Source: Auanema rhodensis (lineage: Eukaryota > Animalia > Nematoda). From it: a DNA stretch of 64,000 nt. The translations under genes were made by a program, and so were the position numbers. The first letter of the stretch is position 1, and each line of letters starts with the position of its first letter. The notes below the pieces were generated by a model. That model was given only the letters and a program-made list of their open reading frames with translations. It was not told where the DNA came from and ran no database searches. The DNA lies in NCBI GenBank assembly GCA_964057225.1, contig OZ059897.1, positions 10,540,001 through 10,604,000 of the forward strand, read 5' to 3'. Positions 12,164-28,099 of the stretch are shown one piece after another.

Positions 12164-14415
12164 TTTTTTGTTTTGAAATTTAAATGCTATAAAATTATTG
12201 CTTGCTTGTCATGTTAGATTTCTTTAATTTGAATACTTATTCAAGTTATAACAATTTTCGATTTAATCACGTTCAATTAACTGTATTGTTTTCAAAAATA
12301 AAGACAAAATTCAATTTCTGTTCATTGAATTAGAATTATCATGTTGTCACACAGAAATTGAAGAATCTTAGTTCATTTCAGTAACAATGAACACACTAAC
12401 TTTGTTAAGTTGTTGTAATATCGGCCCAAGTAATATAGTGGTTAGTACTCCACGTTGTGGCCGTGGCGACACAGATTCGATTCCTGTCTTGGACATTTTT
12501 TCTTTTGAAATTAAAATGCTATAAACATATTGCTTGCTTGTCATGTTAGATTTCTTTAATTTGAATACTTATTCAAGTTATAACAATTTTCGATTTAATC
12601 ACGTTCAATTAACTGTATTGTTTTCAAAAATAAAGACAAAATTCAATTTCTGTTCATTGAATTAGAATTATCATGTTGTCACACAGAAATTGAAGAATCT
12701 TAGTTCATTTCAGTAACAATGAACACACTAACTTTGTTAAGTTGTTGTAATATCGGCCCAAGTAATATAGTGGTTAGTACTCCACGTTGTGGCCGTGGCG
12801 ACACAGATTCGATTCCTGTCTTGGACATTTTTTGTTTTGAAATTAAAATGCTACAAAATTATTGCTTGCTTGTCATGTTAGATTTCTTTAATTTGAATAC
12901 TTATTTAAGTTATAACAATTTTCGATTTAATCACGTTCAATCAACTGTATTGTTTTCAAAAATGAAGACAAAATTCAATTTCTGTTCATTGAATTAGAAT
13001 TTTCATGTTGTCACACAGAAATTGAAGAATCTTAGTTTAATTCAGTAACAATGAACACACTAACTTTGTTAAGTTGTTGTTATATCGGCCCAAGTAATAT
13101 AGTGGTTAGTACTCCACGTTGTGGCCGTGGCGACACAGATTCGATTCCTGTCTTGGACATTTTTTGTTTTGAAATTAAAATGCTATAAACATATTGCTTG
13201 CTTGTCATGTTAGATTTCTTTAATTCAAATACATATTTAAGTTCTAACAATTTTTGATTTAATCACGTTCAATTAACTGTATTGTTTTCAAAAATAAAGA
13301 CATCTTTCAATTTCTGGTCATTGAATTAGAATTTTCATGTTGTCACACAGAAATTGAAGAATCTTAGTTTAATTCAGTAACAATGAACACACTAACTTTG
13401 TTAAGTTGTTGTAATATCGGCCCAAGTAATATAGTGGTTAGTACTCCACGTTGTGGCCGTGGCGACACAGATTCGATTCCTGTCTTGGACATTTTTTGTT
13501 TTGAAATTAAAATGCTATAAACATATTGCTTGCTTGTCATGTTAGATTTCTTTAATTTGAATACTTATTCAAGTTATAACAATTTTCGATTTAATCACGT
13601 TCAATCAACTGTATTGTTTTCAAAAATAAAGACAAAATTCAATTTCTGTTCATTGAATTAGAATTTTCATGTTGTCACACAGAAATTGAAGAATCTTAGT
13701 TCAATTCAGTAACAATGAACACACTAACTTTGTTAAGTTGTTGTAATATCGGCCCAAGTAATATAGTGGTTAGTACTCCACGTTGTGGCCGTGGCGACAC
13801 AGATTCGATTCCTGTCTTGGGCATTTTTTGTTTTGAAATTAAAATGCTACAAAATTATTGCTTGCTTGTCATGTTAGATTTCTTTAATTTGAATACTTAT
13901 TTAAGTTATAACAATTTTCGATTTAATCACGTTCAATCAACTGTATTGTTTTCAAAAATAAAGACAAAATTCAATTTCTGTTCATTGAATTAGAATTTTC
14001 ATGTTGTCACACAGAAATTGAAGAATCTTAGTTCAATTCAGTAACAATGAACACACTAACTTTGTTAAGTTGTTGTAATATCGGCCCAAGTAATATAGTG
14101 GTTAGTACTCCACGTTGTGGCCGTGGCGACACAGATTCGATTCCTGTCTTGGACATTTTTTGTTTTGAAATTAAAATGCTATAAAATTATTGCTTGCTTG
14201 TCATGTTAGATTTCTTTAATTCAAATACATATTTAAGTTCTAACAATTTTTGATTTAATCACGTTCAATTAACTGTATTGTTTTCAAAAATAAAGACAAA
14301 ATTCAATTTCTGTTCATTGAATTAGAATTTTCATGTTGTCACACAGAAATTGAAGAATCTTAGTTCATTTCAGTAACAATGAACACAATAACTTTGTTTA
14401 GTTGTTGTAATATCG

Positions 14416-14487
14416 GCCCAAGTAGTATAGTGATTAGTACTCCACGTTGTGGCGGTGGCGACACAGGTTCGATTCCTGTCTTGGGCA
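14416..14487 (+). pseudogene. tRNA-His pseudogene class G19A/C39G (also 10764, 18732, 26368)
   Basis: AGTGATTAG loses the invariant G19 and TGTGGCGGTGG breaks G31-C39, on an otherwise canonical background. Confidence 0.75.
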
Positions 14488-15411
14488 TTTTTTGTTTTGA
14501 AATTTAAATGCTATAAAATTATTGCTTGCTTGTCATGTTAGATTTCTTTAATTTGAATACTTATTCAAGTTATAACAATTTTCGATTTAATCACGTTCAA
14601 TCAACTGTATTGTTTTCAAAAATAAAGACAAAATTCAATTTCTGTTCATTGAATTAGAATTTTCATGTTGTCACACAGAAATTGAAGAATCTTAGTTCAA
14701 TTCAGTAACAATAAACACACTAACTTTGTTAAGTTGTTGTAATATCGGCCCAAGTAATATAGTGGTTAGTACTCCACGTTGTGGCCGTGGCGACACAGAT
14801 TCGATTCCTGTCTTGGACATTTTTTGTTTTGAAATTAAAATGCTACAAAATTATTGCTTGCTTGTCATGTTAGATTTCTTTAATTTGAATACTTATTTAA
14901 GTTATAACAATTTTCGACTTAATCACGTTCAATCAACTGTATTGTTTTCAAAAATGAAGACAAAATTCAATTTCTGTTCATTGAATTAGAATTTTCATGT
15001 TGTCACACAGAAATTGAAGAATCTTAGTTTAATTCAGTAACAATGAACACACTAACTTTGTTAAGTTGTTGTAATATCGGCCCAAGTAATATAGTGGTTA
15101 GTACTCCACGTTGTGGCCGTGGCGACACAGATTCGATTCCTGTCTTGGACATTTTTTGTTTTGAAATTAAAATGCTATAAACATATTGCTTGCTTGTCAT
15201 GTTAGATTTCTTTAATTCAAATACATATTTAAGTTCTAACAATTTTTGATTTAATCACGTTCAATTAACTGTATTGTTTTCAAAAATAAAGACAAAATTC
15301 AATTTCTGTTCATTGAATTAGAATTATCATGTTGTCACACAGAAATTGAAGAATCTTAGTTCATTTCAGTAACAATGAACACAATAACTTTGTTTAGTTG
15401 TTGTAATATCG

Positions 15412-15483
15412 GCCCAAGTAGTATAGTGGTTAGTACTCCACGTTGTGGCCGTGGCGACACAGGTTCGATTCCTGTCTTGGGCA
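15412..15483 (+). tRNA. tRNA-His(GTG), canonical copy
   Basis: Identical to 894-965. Confidence 0.93.
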
Positions 15484-16739
15484 TTTTTTGTTTTGAAATT
15501 TAAATGCTATAAAATTATTGCTTGCTTGTCATGTTAGATTTCTTTAATTTGAATACTTATTCAAGTTATAACAATTTTCGATTTAATCACGTTCAATTAA
15601 CTGTATTGTTTTCAAAAATAAAGACAAAATTCAATTTCTGTTCATTGAATTAGAATTATCATGTTGTCACACAGAAATTGAAGAATCTTAGTTCATTTCA
15701 GTAACAATGAACACACTAACTTTGTTAAGTTGTTGTAATATCGGCCCAAGTAATATAGTGGTTAGTACTCCACGTTGTGGCCGTGGCGACACAGATTCGA
15801 TTCCTGTCTTGGGCATTTTTTGTTTTGAAATTTAAATGCTATAAAATTATTGCTTGCTTGTCATGTTAGATTTCTTTAATTTGAATACTTATTCAAGTTA
15901 TAACAATTTTCGATTTAATCACGTTCAATCAACTGTATTGTTTTCAAAAATAAAGACAAAATTCAATTTCTGTTCATTGAATTAGAATTTTCATGTTGTC
16001 ACACAGAAATTGAAGAATCTTAGTTCAATTCAGTAACAATAAACACACTAACTTTGTTAAGTTGTTGTAATATCGGCTTAAGTAATATAGTGGTTAGTAC
16101 TCCACGTTGTGGCCGTGGCGACACAGATTCGATTCCTGTCTTGGACATTTTTTGTTTTGAAATTAAAATGCTATAAACATATTGCTTGCTTGTCATGTTA
16201 GATTTCTTTAATTCAAATACATATTTAAGTTCTAACAATTTTCGATTTAATCACGTTCAATTAACTGTATTGTTTTCAAAAATAAAGACATCTTTCAATT
16301 TCTGGTCATTGAATTAGAATTTTCATGTTGTCACACAGAAATTGAAGAATCTTAGTTTAATTCAGTAACAATGAACACACTAACTTTGTTAAGTTGTTGT
16401 AATATCGGCCCAAGTAATATAGTGGTTAGTACTCCACGTTGTGGCCGTGGCGACACAGATTCGATTCCTGTCTTGGACATTTTTTGTTTTGAAATTAAAA
16501 TGCTATAAACATATTGCTTGCTTGTCATGTTAGATTTCTTTAATTCAAATACATATTTAAGTTCTAACAATTTTTGATTTAATCACGTTCAATTAACTGT
16601 ATTGTTTTCAAAAATAAAGACAAAATTCAATTTCTGTTCATTGAATTAGAATTATCATGTTGTCACACAGAAATTGAAGAATCTTAGTTCATTTCAGTAA
16701 CAATGAACACAATAACTTTGTTTAGTTGTTGTAATATCG

Positions 16740-16811
16740 GCCCAAGTGGTATAGTGGTTAGTACTCCACGTTGTGGCCGTGGCGACACAGGTTCGATTCC
16801 TGTCTTGGGCA
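16740..16811 (+). tRNA. tRNA-His(GTG), A9G variant, otherwise canonical
   Basis: CCCAAGTGGTATAG; all stems and the B-box are intact. Confidence 0.85.
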
Positions 16812-19800
16812 TTTTTTGTTTTGAAATTTAAATGCTATAAAATTATTGCTTGCTTGTCATGTTAGATTTCTTTAATTTGAATACTTATTCAAGTTATAAC
16901 AATTTTCGATTTAATCACGTTCAATTAACTGTATTGTTTTCAAAAATAAAGACAAAATTCAATTTCTGTTCATTGAATTAGAATTATCATGTTGTCACAC
17001 AGAAATTGAAGAATCTTAGTTCATTTCAGTAACAATGAACACACTAACTTTGTTAAGTTGTTGTAATATCGGCCCAAGTAATATAGTGGTTAGTACTCCA
17101 CGTTGTGGCCGTGGCGACACAGATTCGATTCCTGTCTTGGACATTTTTTGTTTTGAAATTAAAATGCTACAAAATTATTGCTTGCTTGTCATGTTAGATT
17201 TCTTTAATTTGAATACTTATTTAAGTTATAACAATTTTCGATTTAATCACGTTCAATCAACTGTATTGTTTTCAAAAATGAAGACAAAATTCAATTTCTG
17301 TTCATTGAATTAGAATTTTCATGTTGTCACACAGAAATTGAAGAATCTTAGTTTAATTCAGTAACAATGAACACACTAACTTTGTTAAGTTGTTGTTATA
17401 TCGGCCCAAGTAATATAGTGGTTAGTACTCCACGTTGTGGCCGTGGCGACACAGATTCGATTCCTGTCTTGGACATTTTTTGTTTTGAAATTAAAATGCT
17501 ATAAACATATTGCTTGCTTGTCATGTTAGATTTCTTTAATTCAAATACATATTTAAGTTCTAACAATTTTTGATTTAATCACGTTCAATTAACTGTATTG
17601 TTTTCAAAAATAAAGACATCTTTCAATTTCTGGTCATTGAATTAGAATTTTCATGTTGTCACACAGAAATTGAAGAATCTTAGTTTAATTCAGTAACAAT
17701 GAACACACTAACTTTGTTAAGTTGTTGTAATATCGGCCCAAGTAATATAGTGGTTAGTACTCCACGTTGTGGCCGTGGCGACACAGATTCGATTCCTGTC
17801 TTGGACATTTTTTGTTTTGAAATTAAAATGCTATAAACATATTGCTTGCTTGTCATGTTAGATTTCTTTAATTTGAATACTTATTCAAGTTATAACAATT
17901 TTCGATTTAATCACGTTCAATCAACTGTATTGTTTTCAAAAATAAAGACAAAATTCAATTTCTGTTCATTGAATTAGAATTTTCATGTTGTCACACAGAA
18001 ATTGAAGAATCTTAGTTCAATTCAGTAACAATGAACACACTAACTTTGTTAAGTTGTTGTAATATCGGCCCAAGTAATATAGTGGTTAGTACTCCACGTT
18101 GTGGCCGTGGCGACACAGATTCGATTCCTGTCTTGGGCATTTTTTGTTTTGAAATTAAAATGCTACAAAATTATTGCTTGCTTGTCATGTTAGATTTCTT
18201 TAATTTGAATACTTATTTAAGTTATAACAATTTTCGATTTAATCACGTTCAATCAACTGTATTGTTTTCAAAAATAAAGACAAAATTCAATTTCTGTTCA
18301 TTGAATTAGAATTTTCATGTTGTCACACAGAAATTGAAGAATCTTAGTTCAATTCAGTAACAATGAACACACTAACTTTGTTAAGTTGTTGTAATATCGG
18401 CCCAAGTAATATAGTGGTTAGTACTCCACGTTGTGGCCGTGGCGACACAGATTCGATTCCTGTCTTGGACATTTTTTGTTTTGAAATTAAAATGCTATAA
18501 AATTATTGCTTGCTTGTCATGTTAGATTTCTTTAATTCAAATACATATTTAAGTTCTAACAATTTTTGATTTAATCACGTTCAATTAACTGTATTGTTTT
18601 CAAAAATAAAGACAAAATTCAATTTCTGTTCATTGAATTAGAATTTTCATGTTGTCACACAGAAATTGAAGAATCTTAGTTCATTTCAGTAACAATGAAC
18701 ACAATAACTTTGTTTAGTTGTTGTAATATCGGCCCAAGTAGTATAGTGATTAGTACTCCACGTTGTGGCGGTGGCGACACAGGTTCGATTCCTGTCTTGG
18801 GCATTTTTTGTTTTGAAATTTAAATGCTATAAAATTATTGCTTGCTTGTCATGTTAGATTTCTTTAATTTGAATACTTATTCAAGTTATAACAATTTTCG
18901 ATTTAATCACGTTCAATCAACTGTATTGTTTTCAAAAATAAAGACAAAATTCAATTTCTGTTCATTGAATTAGAATTTTCATGTTGTCACACAGAAATTG
19001 AAGAATCTTAGTTCAATTCAGTAACAATGAACACACTAACTTTGTTAAGTTGTTGTAATATCGGCCCAAGTAATATAGTGGTTAGTACTCCACGTTGTGG
19101 CCGTGGCGACACAGATTCGATTCCTGTCTTGGGCATTTTTTGTTTTGAAATTAAAATGCTACAAAATTATTGCTTGCTTGTCATGTTAGATTTCTTTAAT
19201 TTGAATACTTATTTAAGTTATAACAATTTTCGATTTAATCACGTTCAATCAACTGTATTGTTTTCAAAAATAAAGACATCTTTCAATTTCTGGTCATTGA
19301 ATTAGAATTTTCATGTTGTCACACAGAAATTGAAGAATCTTAGTTTAATTCAGTAACAATGAACACACTAACTTTGTTAAGTTGTTGTAATATCGGCCCA
19401 AGTAATATAGTGGTTAGTACTCCACGTTGTGGCCGTGGCGACACAGATTCGATTCCTGTCTTGGACATTTTTTGTTTTGAAATTAAAATGCTACAGAATT
19501 ATTGCTTGCTTGTCATGTTAGATTTCTTTAATTTGAATACTTATTTAAGTTATAACAATTTTCGACTTAATCACGTTCAATCAACTGTATTGTTTTCAAA
19601 AATGAAGACAAAATTCAATTTCTGTTCATTGAATTAGAATTTTCATGTTGTCACACAGAAATTGAAGAATCTTAGTTTAATTCAGTAACAATGAACACAC
19701 TAACTTTGTTAAGTTGTTGTAATATCGGCCCAAGTAATATAGTGGTTAGTACTCCACGTTGTGGCCGTGGCGACACAGATTCGATTCCTGTCTTGGACAT

Positions 19801-20391
19801 TTTTTGTTTTGAAATTAAAATGCTATAAACATATTGCTTGCTTGTCATGTTAGATTTCTTTAATTCAAATACATATTCAAGTTATAACAATTTTCGATTT
19901 AATCACGTTCAATCAACTGTATTGTTTTCAAAAATAAAGACAAAATTCAATTTCTGTTCATTGAATTAGAATTTTCATGTTGTCACACAGAAATTGAAGA
20001 ATCTTAGTTTAATTCAGTAACAATGAACACACTAACTTTGTTAAGTTGTTGTAATATCGGCCCAAGTAATATAGTGGTTAGTACTCCACGTTGTGGCCGT
20101 GGCGACACAGATTCGATTCCTGTCTTGGACATTTTTTGTTTTGAAATTAAAATGCTATAAACATATTGCTTGCTTGTCATGTTAGATTTCTTTAATTCAA
20201 ATACATATTTAAGTTCTAACAATTTTTGATTTAATCACGTTCAATTAACTGTATTGTTTTCAAAAATAAAGACAAAATTCAATTTCTGTTCATTGAATTA
20301 GAATTATCATGTTGTCACACAGAAATTGAAGAATCTTAGTTCATTTCAGTAACAATGAACACAATAACTTTGTTTAGTTGTTGTAATATCG

Positions 20392-20463
20392 GCCCAAGTA
20401 GTATAGTGGTTAGTACTCCACGTTGTGGCCGTGGCGACACAGGTTCGATTCCTGTCTTGGGCA
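20392..20463 (+). tRNA. tRNA-His(GTG), canonical copy
   Basis: Identical to 894-965. Confidence 0.93.
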
Positions 20464-23400
20464 TTTTTTGTTTTGAAATTTAAATGCTATAAAATTATTG
20501 CTTGCTTGTCATGTTAGATTTCTTTAATTTGAATACTTATTCAAGTTATAACAATTTTCGATTCAATCACGTTCAATTAACTGTATTGTTTTCAAAAATA
20601 AAGACAAAATTCAATTTCTGTTCATTGAATTAGAATTATCATGTTGTCACACAGAAATTGAAGAATCTTAGTTCATTTCAGTAACAATGAACACACTAAC
20701 TTTGTTAAGTTGTTGTAATATCGGTCCAAGTAATATAGTGGTTAGTACTCCACGTTGTGGCCGTGGCGACACAGGTTCGATTCCTGTCTTGGGCATTTTT
20801 TGTTTTGAAATTTAAATGCTATAAAATTATTGCTTGCTTGTCATGTTAGATTTCTTTAATTTGAATACTTATTCAAGTTATAACAATTTTCGATTTAATC
20901 ACGTTCAATTAACTGTATTGTTTTCAAAAATAAAGACAAAATTCAATTTCTGTTCATTGAATTAGAATTATCATGTTGTCACACAGAAATTGAAGAATCT
21001 TAGTTCATTTCAGTAACAATGAACACACTAACTTTGTTAAGTTGTTGTAATATCGGCCCAAGTAATATAGTGGTTAGTACTCCACGTTGTGGCCGTGGCG
21101 ACACAGATTCGATTCCTGTCTTGGACATTTTTTGTTTTGAAATTAAAATGCTACAAAATTATTGCTTGCTTGTCATGTTAGATTTCTTTAATTTGAATAC
21201 TTATTTAAGTTATAACAATTTTCGATTTAATCACGTTCAATCAACTGTATTGTTTTCAAAAATGAAGACAAAATTCAATTTCTGTTCATTGAATTAGAAT
21301 TTTCATGTTGTCACACAGAAATTGAAGAATCTTAGTTTAATTCAGCAACAATGAACACACTAACTTTGTTAAGTTGTTGTAATATCGGCCCAAGTAATAT
21401 AGTGGTTAGTACTCCACGTTGTGGCCGTGGCGACACAGATTCGATTCCTGTCTTGGACATTTTTTGTTTTGAAATTAAAATGCTATAAACATATTGCTTG
21501 CTTGTCATGTTAGATTTCTTTAATTCAAATACATATTTAAGTTCTAACAATTTTTGATTTAATCACGTTCAATTAACTGTATTGTTTTCAAAAATAAAGA
21601 CATCTTTCAATTTCTGGTCATTGAATTAGAATTTTCATGTTGTCACACAGAAATTGAAGAATCTTAGTTTAATTCAGTAACAATGAACACACTAACTTTG
21701 TTAAGTTGTTGTAATATCGGCCCAAGTAATATAGTGGTTAGTACTCCACGTTGTGGCCGTGGCGACACAGATTCGATTCCTGTCTTGGACATTTTTTGTT
21801 TTGAAATTAAAATGCTATAAACATATTGCTTGCTTGTCATGTTAGATTTCTTTAATTTGAATACTTATTCAAGTTATAACAATTTTCGATTTAATCACGT
21901 TCAATCAACTGTATTGTTTTCAAAAATAAAGACAAAATTCAATTTCTGTTCATTGAATTAGAATTTTCATGTTGTCACACAGAGATTGAAGAATCTTAGT
22001 TCAATTCAGTAACAATGAACACACTAACTTTGTTAAGTTGTTGTAATATCGGCCCAAGTAATATAGTGGTTAGTACTCCACGTTGTGGCCGTGGCGACAC
22101 AGATTCGATTCCTGTCTTGGGCATTTTTTGTTTTGAAATTAAAATGCTACAAAATTATTGCTTGCTTGTCATGTTAGATTTCTTTAATTTGAATACTTAT
22201 TCAAGTTATAACAATTTTCGATTTAATCACGTTCAATCAACTGTATTGTTTTCAAAAATAAAGACAAAATTCAATTTCTGTTCATTGAATTAGAATTTTC
22301 ATGTTGTCACACAGAAATTGAAGAATCTTAGTTCAATTCAGTAACAATAAACACACTAACTTTGTTAAGTTGTTGTAATATCGGCCCAAGTAATATAGTG
22401 GTTAGTACTCCACGTTGTGGCCGTGGCGACACAGATTCGATTCCTGTCTTGGACATTTTTTGTTTTGAAATTAAAATGCTATAAACATATTGCTTGCTTG
22501 TCATGTTAGATTTCTTTAATTCAAATACATATTTAAGTTCTAACAATTTTTGATTTAATCACGTTCAATTAACTGTATTGTTTTCAAAAATAAAGACATC
22601 TTTCAATTTCTGGTCATTGAATTAGAATTTTCATGTTGTCACACAGAAATTGAAGAATCTTAGTTTAATTCAGTAACAATGAACACACTAACTTTGTTAA
22701 GTTGTTGTAATATCGGCCCAAGTAATATAGTGGTTAGTACTCCACGTTGTGGCCGTGGCGACACAGATTCGATTCCTGTCTTGGACATTTTTTGTTTTGA
22801 AATTAAAATGCTACAAAATTATTGCTTGCTTGTCATGTTAGATTTCTTTAATTTGAATACTTATCTAAGTTATAACAATTTTCGACTTAATCACGTTCAA
22901 TCAACTGTATTGTTTTCAAAAATGAAGACAAAATTCAATTTCTGTTCATTGAATTAGAATTTTCATGTTGTCACACAGAAATTGAAGAATCTTAGTTTAA
23001 TTCAGTAACAATGAACACACTAACTTTGTTAAGTTGTTGTAATATCGGCCCAAGTAATATAGTGGTTAGTACTCCACGTTGTGGCCGTGGCGACACAGAT
23101 TCGATTCCTGTCTTGGACATTTTTTGTTTTGAAATTAAAATGCTATAAACATATTGCTTGCTTGTCATGTTAGATTTCTTTAATTCAAATACATATTCAA
23201 GTTATAACAATTTTCGATTTAATCACGTTCAATCAACTGTATTGTTTTCAAAAATAAAGACAAAATTCAATTTCTGTTCATTGAATTAGAATTTTCATGT
23301 TGTCACACAGAAATTGAAGAATCTTAGTTTAATTCAGTAACAATGAACACACTAACTTTGTTAAGTTGTTGTAATATCGGCCCAAGTAATATAGTGGTTA

Positions 23401-24375
23401 GTACTCCACGTTGTGGCCGTGGCGACACAGATTCGATTCCTGTCTTGGGCATTTTTTGTTTTGAAATTTAAATGCTATAAAATTATTGCTTGCTTGTCAT
23501 GTTAGATTTCTTTAATTTGAATACTTATTCAAGTTATAACAATTTTCGATTTAATCACGTTCAATCAACTGTATTGTTTTCAAAAATAAAGACAAAATTC
23601 AATTTCTGTTCATTGAATTAGAATTTTCATGTTGTCACACAGAAATTGAAGAATCTTAGTTCAATTCAGTAACAATAAACACACTAACTTTGTTAAGTTG
23701 TTGTAATATCGGCTTAAGTAATATAGTGGTTAGTACTCCACGTTGTGGCCGTGGCGACACAGATTCGATTCCTGTCTTGGACATTTTTTGTTTTGAAATT
23801 AAAATGCTATAAACATATTGCTTGCTTGTCATGTTAGATTTCTTTAATTCAAATACATATTTAAGTTCTAACAATTTTCGATTTAATCACGTTCAATTAA
23901 CTGTATTGTTTTCAAAAATAAAGACATCTTTCAATTTCTGGTCATTGAATTAGAATTTTCATGTTGTCACACAGAAATTGAAGAATCTTAGTTTAATTCA
24001 GTAACAATGAACACACTAACTTTGTTAAGTTGTTGTAATATCGGCCCAAGTAATATAGTGGTTAGTACTCCACGTTGTGGCCGTGGCGACACAGATTCGA
24101 TTCCTGTCTTGGACATTTTTTGTTTTGAAATTAAAATGCTATAAACATATTGCTTGCTTGTCATGTTAGATTTCTTTAATTCAAATACATATTTAAGTTC
24201 TAACAATTTTTGATTTAATCACGTTCAATTAACTGTATTGTTTTCAAAAATAAAGACAAAATTCAATTTCTGTTCATTGAATTAGAATTATCATGTTGTC
24301 ACACAGAAATTGAAGAATCTTAGTTCATTTCAGTAACAATGAACACAATAACTTTGTTTAGTTGTTGTAATATCG

Positions 24376-24447
24376 GCCCAAGTGGTATAGTGGTTAGTAC
24401 TCCACGTTGTGGCCGTGGCGACACAGGTTCGATTCCTGTCTTGGGCA
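24376..24447 (+). tRNA. tRNA-His(GTG), A9G variant, otherwise canonical
   Basis: Duplicate of 16740 at +7636. Confidence 0.85.
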
Positions 24448-27400
24448 TTTTTTGTTTTGAAATTTAAATGCTATAAAATTATTGCTTGCTTGTCATGTTA
24501 GATTTCTTTAATTTGAATACTTATTCAAGTTATAACAATTTTCGATTTAATCACGTTCAATTAACTGTATTGTTTTCAAAAATAAAGACAAAATTCAATT
24601 TCTGTTCATTGAATTAGAATTATCATGTTGTCACACAGAAATTGAAGAATCTTAGTTCATTTCAGTAACAATGAACACACTAACTTTGTTAAGTTGTTGT
24701 AATATCGGCCCAAGTAATATAGTGGTTAGTACTCCACGTTGTGGCCGTGGCGACACAGATTCGATTCCTGTCTTGGACATTTTTTGTTTTGAAATTAAAA
24801 TGCTACAAAATTATTGCTTGCTTGTCATGTTAGATTTCTTTAATTTGAATACTTATTTAAGTTATAACAATTTTCGATTTAATCACGTTCAATCAACTGT
24901 ATTGTTTTCAAAAATGAAGACAAAATTCAATTTCTGTTCATTGAATTAGAATTTTCATGTTGTCACACAGAAATTGAAGAATCTTAGTTTAATTCAGTAA
25001 CAATGAACACACTAACTTTGTTAAGTTGTTGTTATATCGGCCCAAGTAATATAGTGGTTAGTACTCCACGTTGTGGCCGTGGCGACACAGATTCGATTCC
25101 TGTCTTGGACATTTTTTGTTTTGAAATTAAAATGCTATAAACATATTGCTTGCTTGTCATGTTAGATTTCTTTAATTCAAATACATATTTAAGTTCTAAC
25201 AATTTTTGATTTAATCACGTTCAATTAACTGTATTGTTTTCAAAAATAAAGACATCTTTCAATTTCTGGTCATTGAATTAGAATTTTCATGTTGTCACAC
25301 AGAAATTGAAGAATCTTAGTTTAATTCAGTAACAATGAACACACTAACTTTGTTAAGTTGTTGTAATATCGGCCCAAGTAATATAGTGGTTAGTACTCCA
25401 CGTTGTGGCCGTGGCGACACAGATTCGATTCCTGTCTTGGACATTTTTTGTTTTGAAATTAAAATGCTATAAACATATTGCTTGCTTGTCATGTTAGATT
25501 TCTTTAATTTGAATACTTATTCAAGTTATAACAATTTTCGATTTAATCACGTTCAATCAACTGTATTGTTTTCAAAAATAAAGACAAAATTCAATTTCTG
25601 TTCATTGAATTAGAATTTTCATGTTGTCACACAGAAATTGAAGAATCTTAGTTCAATTCAGTAACAATGAACACACTAACTTTGTTAAGTTGTTGTAATA
25701 TCGGCCCAAGTAATATAGTGGTTAGTACTCCACGTTGTGGCCGTGGCGACACAGATTCGATTCCTGTCTTGGGCATTTTTTGTTTTGAAATTAAAATGCT
25801 ACAAAATTATTGCTTGCTTGTCATGTTAGATTTCTTTAATTTGAATACTTATTTAAGTTATAACAATTTTCGATTTAATCACGTTCAATCAACTGTATTG
25901 TTTTCAAAAATAAAGACAAAATTCAATTTCTGTTCATTGAATTAGAATTTTCATGTTGTCACACAGAAATTGAAGAATCTTAGTTCAATTCAGTAACAAT
26001 GAACACACTAACTTTGTTAAGTTGTTGTAATATCGGCCCAAGTAATATAGTGGTTAGTACTCCACGTTGTGGCCGTGGCGACACAGATTCGATTCCTGTC
26101 TTGGACATTTTTTGTTTTGAAATTAAAATGCTATAAAATTATTGCTTGCTTGTCATGTTAGATTTCTTTAATTCAAATACATATTTAAGTTCTAACAATT
26201 TTTGATTTAATCACGTTCAATTAACTGTATTGTTTTCAAAAATAAAGACAAAATTCAATTTCTGTTCATTGAATTAGAATTTTCATGTTGTCACACAGAA
26301 ATTGAAGAATCTTAGTTCATTTCAGTAACAATGAACACAATAACTTTGTTTAGTTGTTGTAATATCGGCCCAAGTAGTATAGTGATTAGTACTCCACGTT
26401 GTGGCGGTGGCGACACAGGTTCGATTCCTGTCTTGGGCATTTTTTGTTTTGAAATTTAAATGCTATAAAATTATTGCTTGCTTGTCATGTTAGATTTCTT
26501 TAATTTGAATACTTATTCAAGTTATAACAATTTTCGATTTAATCACGTTCAATCAACTGTATTGTTTTCAAAAATAAAGACAAAATTCAATTTCTGTTCA
26601 TTGAATTAGAATTTTCATGTTGTCACACAGAAATTGAAGAATCTTAGTTCAATTCAGTAACAATGAACACACTAACTTTGTTAAGTTGTTGTAATATCGG
26701 CCCAAGTAATATAGTGGTTAGTACTCCACGTTGTGGCCGTGGCGACACAGATTCGATTCCTGTCTTGGGCATTTTTTGTTTTGAAATTAAAATGCTACAA
26801 AATTATTGCTTGCTTGTCATGTTAGATTTCTTTAATTTGAATACTTATTTAAGTTATAACAATTTTCGATTTAATCACGTTCAATCAACTGTATTGTTTT
26901 CAAAAATAAAGACATCTTTCAATTTCTGGTCATTGAATTAGAATTTTCATGTTGTCACACAGAAATTGAAGAATCTTAGTTTAATTCAGTAACAATGAAC
27001 ACACTAACTTTGTTAAGTTGTTGTAATATCGGCCCAAGTAATATAGTGGTTAGTACTCCACGTTGTGGCCGTGGCGACACAGATTCGATTCCTGTCTTGG
27101 ACATTTTTTGTTTTGAAATTAAAATGCTACAGAATTATTGCTTGCTTGTCATGTTAGATTTCTTTAATTTGAATACTTATTTAAGTTATAACAATTTTCG
27201 ACTTAATCACGTTCAATCAACTGTATTGTTTTCAAAAATGAAGACAAAATTCAATTTCTGTTCATTGAATTAGAATTTTCATGTTGTCACACAGAAATTG
27301 AAGAATCTTAGTTTAATTCAGTAACAATGAACACACTAACTTTGTTAAGTTGTTGTAATATCGGCCCAAGTAATATAGTGGTTAGTACTCCACGTTGTGG

Positions 27401-28027
27401 CCGTGGCGACACAGATTCGATTCCTGTCTTGGACATTTTTTGTTTTGAAATTAAAATGCTATAAACATATTGCTTGCTTGTCATGTTAGATTTCTTTAAT
27501 TCAAATACATATTCAAGTTATAACAATTTTCGATTTAATCACGTTCAATCAACTGTATTGTTTTCAAAAATAAAGACAAAATTCAATTTCTGTTCATTGA
27601 ATTAGAATTTTCATGTTGTCACACAGAAATTGAAGAATCTTAGTTTAATTCAGTAACAATGAACACACTAACTTTGTTAAGTTGTTGTAATATCGGCCCA
27701 AGTAATATAGTGGTTAGTACTCCACGTTGTGGCCGTGGCGACACAGATTCGATTCCTGTCTTGGACATTTTTTGTTTTGAAATTAAAATGCTATAAACAT
27801 ATTGCTTGCTTGTCATGTTAGATTTCTTTAATTCAAATACATATTTAAGTTCTAACAATTTTTGATTTAATCACGTTCAATTAACTGTATTGTTTTCAAA
27901 AATAAAGACAAAATTCAATTTCTGTTCATTGAATTAGAATTATCATGTTGTCACACAGAAATTGAAGAATCTTAGTTCATTTCAGTAACAATGAACACAA
28001 TAACTTTGTTTAGTTGTTGTAATATCG

Positions 28028-28099
28028 GCCCAAGTAGTATAGTGGTTAGTACTCCACGTTGTGGCCGTGGCGACACAGGTTCGATTCCTGTCTTGGGCA
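28028..28099 (+). tRNA. tRNA-His(GTG), canonical copy
   Basis: Identical to 894-965. Confidence 0.93.
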